Shown here: positions 62,550-64,000 of the stretch, piece after piece
Position numbering within the stretch: the stretch's first letter is position 1
Layout of the letters: every line of letters starts with the position of its first letter
IMG/VR virus record: IMGVR_UViG_3300031760_006602
Direction: 5' to 3' (one strand)
From: an uncultured virus (IMG/VR IMGVR_UViG_3300031760_006602)
Taxonomy: Duplodnaviria; Heunggongvirae; Uroviricota; Caudoviricetes
DNA length: 64,000 bases
Notes under the pieces: generated by a model
The model's database searches: none
What the model was told of the DNA's origin: nothing
What the model saw: only the letters and a program-made list of their open reading frames with translations
Program-made: the position numbers and the translations under genes

Positions 62550-63305
62550 GGTGGGTTATTATGGGTAAAAATGAAGAATACTTATATTCGATTGTAAAAC
62601 AGTTAATTGGTATCAAAGATTCTATTTCAGAGGTAAATGATTCTATAAATGGTTTGTTAGAAGATAAAGATAGAAAGTTATTAGAAAGTAGTAGGGAAAG
62701 ATTAAATGGAATCAGAAGGGGTTCCGGTAGTTTTAATGAATGTTTAAATTGTATAAACACTACCATACTGTATGTTATGGACGTTATGGTAAATGAGGGG
62801 TATGAAGAATCTATGGGGGTAAAAGGGGTAAAACAAATTTCTGAAAGTACTAAAGGGGAAGATGAATAGATGGAAGCTATGTTCAAAGTACCTGTAGAAA
62901 CCATATACAATAAAATAGACGTAATAAATATCAGATTCAGTAGGTCAAGTTTGTGTGGGTGGAGGATAGAAAAACCCTTTGATACAAAAATATCACTACA
63001 TAAACCTAAAGGTGATTTGGGAGATAAAGCATATACACAACATTTATTTTGGACGTTGTGCAGGTTAATATCAAGTAAGTGTAGTGATGAGGGGGATATA
63101 AAACGTAGTATTACAATAAAATTATATGGTATGAAACACGTAAGCGAGAATAGTGCATGGAGAACAAGTCGGTTTACAAAAATGAAATATGGTATCAAGT
63201 TGTATAATTTAGATGAGGGTAGTGGGGAGTATTTGTATGACATGATTTCTTACATAGTAAGGAATTATATTTCAAGTTGTACAATGATTACTTGGAGGTA
63301 AGGGT

Positions 63306-63560
63306 ATGGGAAAAGGTGAGAGATTTGAGCCTTGTCCTTGGTGTAAATGTAGACCGAGGTTACAGTTAACAGATGAAGAAGGGAATTTTAGGGGTGAAAG
63401 TTATTTGGAAAACCCTTATAGCGGGGTAGGTTATGTAATTGTACATGCAGAATCACTAACATGTCCTATTGCAACCTGTGGCGTCGAGTTTGTTGGGGGT
63501 AGGATTTATGATACAGAGGAAGAAGCAATTAAATCTTGGAATAGTTGGAAAAAGAGTTAG
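63306..63560 (+). CDS. Lar (restriction alleviation)-like protein
   Basis: EPCPWC...CPI...EEEAIKSWN. Confidence 0.6.
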   Translation: MGKGERFEPCPWCKCRPRLQLTDEEGNFRGESYLENPYSGVGYVIVHAESLTCPIATCGVEFVGGRIYDTEEEAIKSWNSWKKS

Positions 63561-63561
63561 T

Positions 63562-63592
63562 GTGAATTTCAAGTGAATTTCAAGTGAATTTC
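63562..63592. repeat. 11-bp intergenic tandem repeat (about 3 copies)
   Basis: gtgaatttcaa-gtgaatttcaa-gtgaatttc. Confidence 0.85.
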
Positions 63593-64000
63593 GAATGGTT
63601 GATGGGTAGGAGGTAAAAATAATGACTGGATTAGAAACAATTAAATCAGCTTGCGTGGTAGAAGAACATGCTTTTGATACTATACAAGAAGAACAGGAAT
63701 TTTTAAGGTGTATGGACGAATCTTATAAAGGAGAATACACTATCTTGCAAGATAGGACGGACAGTAAGTTTCATCTTGTAATTGCACGTAAGTACATAAA
63801 CTTTGACTTGTATGATATCAAAAATATGTTAAGGGGGTGATTGTTATGTTGAAAGATGTAGTCATTCGATATGATGGTCAGCCTCTTTCTAATTTAAAAC
63901 AGCTGGTATATTGTAAGGACTGTAAGTATCGAAGGGACGCGCACTATGAAGAAAAGGGTGAGCCCGAATACATTAAATCCGTATGTGAGCATAGAGCAGG

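Noticed and set aside
62494..63243. 249-aa minus-strand ORF and other antisense ORFs
   Set aside because: They fully overlap well-formed + strand genes that have RBSs, and their composition is typical of antisense shadows.
1..64000. Stop-codon reassignment, tRNA genes, introns or inteins, diversity-generating retroelement
   Set aside because: Known genes are full length in the standard code and end in TAA, TAG or TGA. I recognised no tRNA cloverleaf, no interruption of nrdD and no reverse transcriptase by eye; a tRNAscan/Infernal run would be needed to exclude RNA genes.

Overview
AT-rich, densely coding window with essentially all credible genes on the + strand. It looks like part of a large (jumbo-type) phage of an anaerobic Firmicutes-like host: nrdD/nrdG, dUTPase, primase, PhoH, DnaX-like clamp loader, sigma-like factor, SpoVT-like regulator and many small ORFans. 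Two loci stand out. (1) At 49.7-52.9 kb, a nuclease-less IS110/Nop-domain protein is followed by a non-coding array of about 30 units with a 36-nt period (9-nt repeat, 9-nt spacer, second 9-nt repeat, 9-nt spacer). This is the architecture of a TIGR-Tas (TasA-type) RNA-guided system, and here an Rnl2-family RNA ligase gene sits inside the array. (2) At 1-9.1 kb, four radical-SAM genes (one with two rSAM domains) and a ThiF enzyme surround two lectin-like proteins that end in a shared leader-like motif plus 14-aa Cys-rich repeats. This suggests RiPP-like modification of receptor-binding or virion proteins. Also present: five extended -10 promoters sharing a TACTT-N6-AAGTA palindrome, a five-gene paralogue array, a PLP/QueC-like/HD/methyltransferase block and RNA-repair enzymes. 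All calls come from motif recognition by eye; no database searches were run.
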